A stretch of DNA of 64,000 nucleotides from Candidatus Bathyarchaeota archaeon (GTDB taxonomy: Archaea > Thermoproteota > Bathyarchaeia > Bathyarchaeales > Bathycorpusculaceae), in assembly GCA_963739305.1 (NCBI GenBank), contig CAVTZU010000008.1, positions 16,879 through 80,878 on the forward strand, given 5' to 3'. The notes beneath the pieces were generated by a model. It worked only from the letters and a program-made list of their open reading frames with translations. It had not been told where the DNA came from and did not search any database. The translations under genes and the position numbers were made by a program. The stretch's first letter is position 1; each line of letters begins with the position of its first letter. Shown here piece by piece: positions 61,721 to 64,000 of the stretch.

Positions 61721-62899
61721 CTATTCTTGTCCAAGCTCTTCAACTTGCCCTTCCGTCTCTCGGAAGAATGCTTTCGTCCGACGGTGCACCAGGAAGGTTA
61801 TCAGGACCGAGGCTACTCCTATCAATACGCCCACAACTACTGCAAGAACGAGCCGTTCAGAACCCGTGTTCCCGATCAGAAGTTCCGAGGCCGAATCGAA
61901 GATTTGTCGTGACCAAGCAATTGTCACTATCAGGGCGCAATTTCGAAGCAGTCTCGAATCCCGTTCGAGATACCAACGGATGGCTCTGCCTGAAAGAGTC
62001 ACGCAGATGCCTATCACAATGAGGGTGATCGCGTCTCCGATGAAGAAGCCAGTCAGCCGGGGCAAGATGGTGAGGTACCCAGCAATGTCTTGCTGAGGTG
62101 TAACCTCGATTGCCGTACGGGCTGCCCCGAGGTATATTCCTAAGACAATGCACAGCGCTCCTGCAAGCATTGAGAAACTCGAGATCTGCACTCGTAGCGG
62201 AGGCGGAGAGTACTCTCTGATCCACTTGTAGAAGCCTTTTGCCATTCTGTCTACTCCGAAACCTTTGATCAGCAGGAAAACGCTGAGGACAAAAACGAAG
62301 GCTATGATGTAGTACTGTACCAAACCGATAACTGCAAACACTACAAGAATCAGTATCAACAAACCCGGCAAACCCAAAACAATCCGAGAGTAGCGCGGGT
62401 TATCCACAAGGATTCTTAGGTACCTAGAGAATAGTGCGGCAGTCTCTTCTATCGATTCGCTGTGCTTGACGATTATCCGTCTGACAGAGGTCACGGGAAC
62501 TCTGGACTGAACAACCGGCAAAACAGCTTCGTCAGAGTAACCGTCCGTAACGAGAATAACTTCAGTTGCAGAAAACGATGCAAGCAAGTCGTTAAGTTCA
62601 GCAACCAGCTTTCTGTCCGCGCTGATTCCACCAAGCTCGGAACCAGAGAGCGTCGCAATCTCAAAAACCTCTTCTGGCTTGCCTTCGACCTTCAGACGAT
62701 CATAGATACGTACAGCCTCGAACATGGCGTTAGCATCAGGCTCTTCAGGGTCCTTCAAAGCCAACGAAACAGCGGCGTTAAGGTTCTCTTCCCTGCCCAG
62801 GACAGGTGTTTTGACTCCAGCCTTTGCTCCCAAATCACCGTCCCTATCGACACATAAAACGAGAATGCGTTTTTGTTCGCTTGCGCTGGGATCGCTCAT
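61721..62899 (-). CDS. DUF373 family membrane protein
   Basis: LVLCVDRDGDLG.K, DPEE.DAN, VTDG.SDE. Confidence 0.88.
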   Translation of the reverse strand: MSDPSASEQKRILVLCVDRDGDLGAKAGVKTPVLGREENLNAAVSLALKDPEEPDANAMFEAVRIYDRLKVEGKPEEVFEIATLSGSELGGISADRKLVAELNDLLASFSATEVILVTDGYSDEAVLPVVQSRVPVTSVRRIIVKHSESIEETAALFSRYLRILVDNPRYSRIVLGLPGLLILILVVFAVIGLVQYYIIAFVFVLSVFLLIKGFGVDRMAKGFYKWIREYSPPPLRVQISSFSMLAGALCIVLGIYLGAARTAIEVTPQQDIAGYLTILPRLTGFFIGDAITLIVIGICVTLSGRAIRWYLERDSRLLRNCALIVTIAWSRQIFDSASELLIGNTGSERLVLAVVVGVLIGVASVLITFLVHRRTKAFFRETEGQVEELGQE

Positions 62900-62938
62900 G
62901 TGAATCTCAATGGCTGAGTGTATATGTGAATGTTCACT

Positions 62939-63814
62939 TTAACCTTGCGTTGTAATGCCTTTTTCAGACAGAAGCTGAAATTCTTGCCAACTCAGTTTTT
63001 CGCCTCGTTTCAGCTTTTCTCTGGCCTTTTCTTCAAGCGTCTGTCGAAGCTCGTTTTCGTTTTGTTTCTTTTCTTGCTCCTCTTCGTCATGAATCTCGCC
63101 TTTGAGCTGGCGGATTTCTCTTGTGATGCTCACTATCTGATCTTCTATTGGCTTCGCTTTCTCTTTGGCGTCAAGAAACTGCTTATGAAAAGCGTCAGCT
63201 TCCGTTTTGGCGTTCTTCGCTTCCTGAACTTTTGCCAACATCTTCGCATGTGTTTCCTGACTTTTCTTGGCTTGAGCGATCAGTGCCTGATGGCAACGTT
63301 GACTCTCCGCCCTCAGTTCCGCAATTTCGGTCCTGAGCCCATTGACGGTTTTGCGGAGACGCTCAAATTTTCTGTGAACACTGAGCTCGTCCTCGAGCTC
63401 CTTCACTTTCCCAACAAGTTCTTTGTCTTCCTCAAGGGTATGTGAAGTCGTTTGAATCTGCCAATCTATTGACTCAACCTCTTCCTTTAGATCCTCGTGG
63501 CTTCTACGAGGCCTTTTCTTCGCTACCGATCGGCTTTTCTCATTGAGCTCACTGATTTGCAGGATTTTTTCCTTGACCCCTGCCGCGATATCGTTCCGTC
63601 GTTCCTTAAGCTCACGAACCTTGTCGTTTATCTGGTCGCGTTCGCTCTTGAGTTGTTGGATTTCATCCCGTAGACCCCTAAATTTCTCGTTTAACTTGTT
63701 CCTCTTCTCTGCTGACTCGCTTGCTGAATTGTGTAAAGAATCATACTCGTCTCTCAATGACGCGAGTTTCAGGTCAATTTCTTTTATCATACGAGCTTTC
63801 TGCTGCGCCGACAA
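62939..63814 (-). CDS. Archaeal coiled-coil protein (COG1340-like)
   Basis: Long heptads, IDWQIQT, KLKRGEKLS; adjacent to DUF373. Confidence 0.8.
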   Translation of the reverse strand: MSAQQKARMIKEIDLKLASLRDEYDSLHNSASESAEKRNKLNEKFRGLRDEIQQLKSERDQINDKVRELKERRNDIAAGVKEKILQISELNEKSRSVAKKRPRRSHEDLKEEVESIDWQIQTTSHTLEEDKELVGKVKELEDELSVHRKFERLRKTVNGLRTEIAELRAESQRCHQALIAQAKKSQETHAKMLAKVQEAKNAKTEADAFHKQFLDAKEKAKPIEDQIVSITREIRQLKGEIHDEEEQEKKQNENELRQTLEEKAREKLKRGEKLSWQEFQLLSEKGITTQG

Positions 63815-64000
63815 GGTTTCCTTCCTTCTTTTCCTCCATCTACTATCGGCCTAATTACTATTGCTTTCCTTAGAAAGCCAAGTCAAACCCAATCGAAATA
63901 CTTGAAGCTTCCGAAAAGTGAGCGGGAATTTGGAAACACTGCCCTTATTCCAAGATTATCCGTGCGTCAACAATTTTTGCGCCTTTTTCGTAAACTATTA

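Noticed and set aside
1-64000. Genome-wide TAG reassignment
   Set aside because: Many intact genes (e.g. ending at 870, 4280, 12042, 26289, 41733, 60775) terminate with TAG at plausible positions.

Overview
Archaeal chromosomal window. Gene content (non-Pyl MttB, dockerin-like proteins, PAS-rich kinases, crenarchaeal-type SSB, L35ae) suggests Bathyarchaeia/TACK; this is an inference. Layout: (i) 1-17.5 kb metabolic genes: glycine cleavage P1/P2, DUF2099, NfeD/stomatin, MFS, and an NTF2-corrinoid-MttB-GlcD-HdrD/GlcF cluster. (ii) A ~17.6-39.3 kb accessory region with a decayed tyrosine integrase and a compact block of information-processing genes (TBP, TFB, Alba, L35ae, two CxxC-x17-CxxC proteins, aIF-1A, an OB-fold protein and a tiny basic ORF), followed by unrelated single genes. 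This region is punctuated by a recurrent, mostly co-oriented intergenic (GC)4-5-TAA/TAG motif, and by a second quasi-palindromic 22-bp site that brackets single genes. (iii) 39.4-64 kb mostly housekeeping genes: ssb, malic enzyme, rimI, ParB-ASCH, pyrG, ABC pair, a 2-oxoacid/acetoin dehydrogenase operon, ychF, uppS. Many single-base frameshifts, including in pyrG and uppS, look like read or assembly errors. No tRNA, rRNA or CRISPR array was recognised. All family calls come from motif recognition by eye, without database searches.
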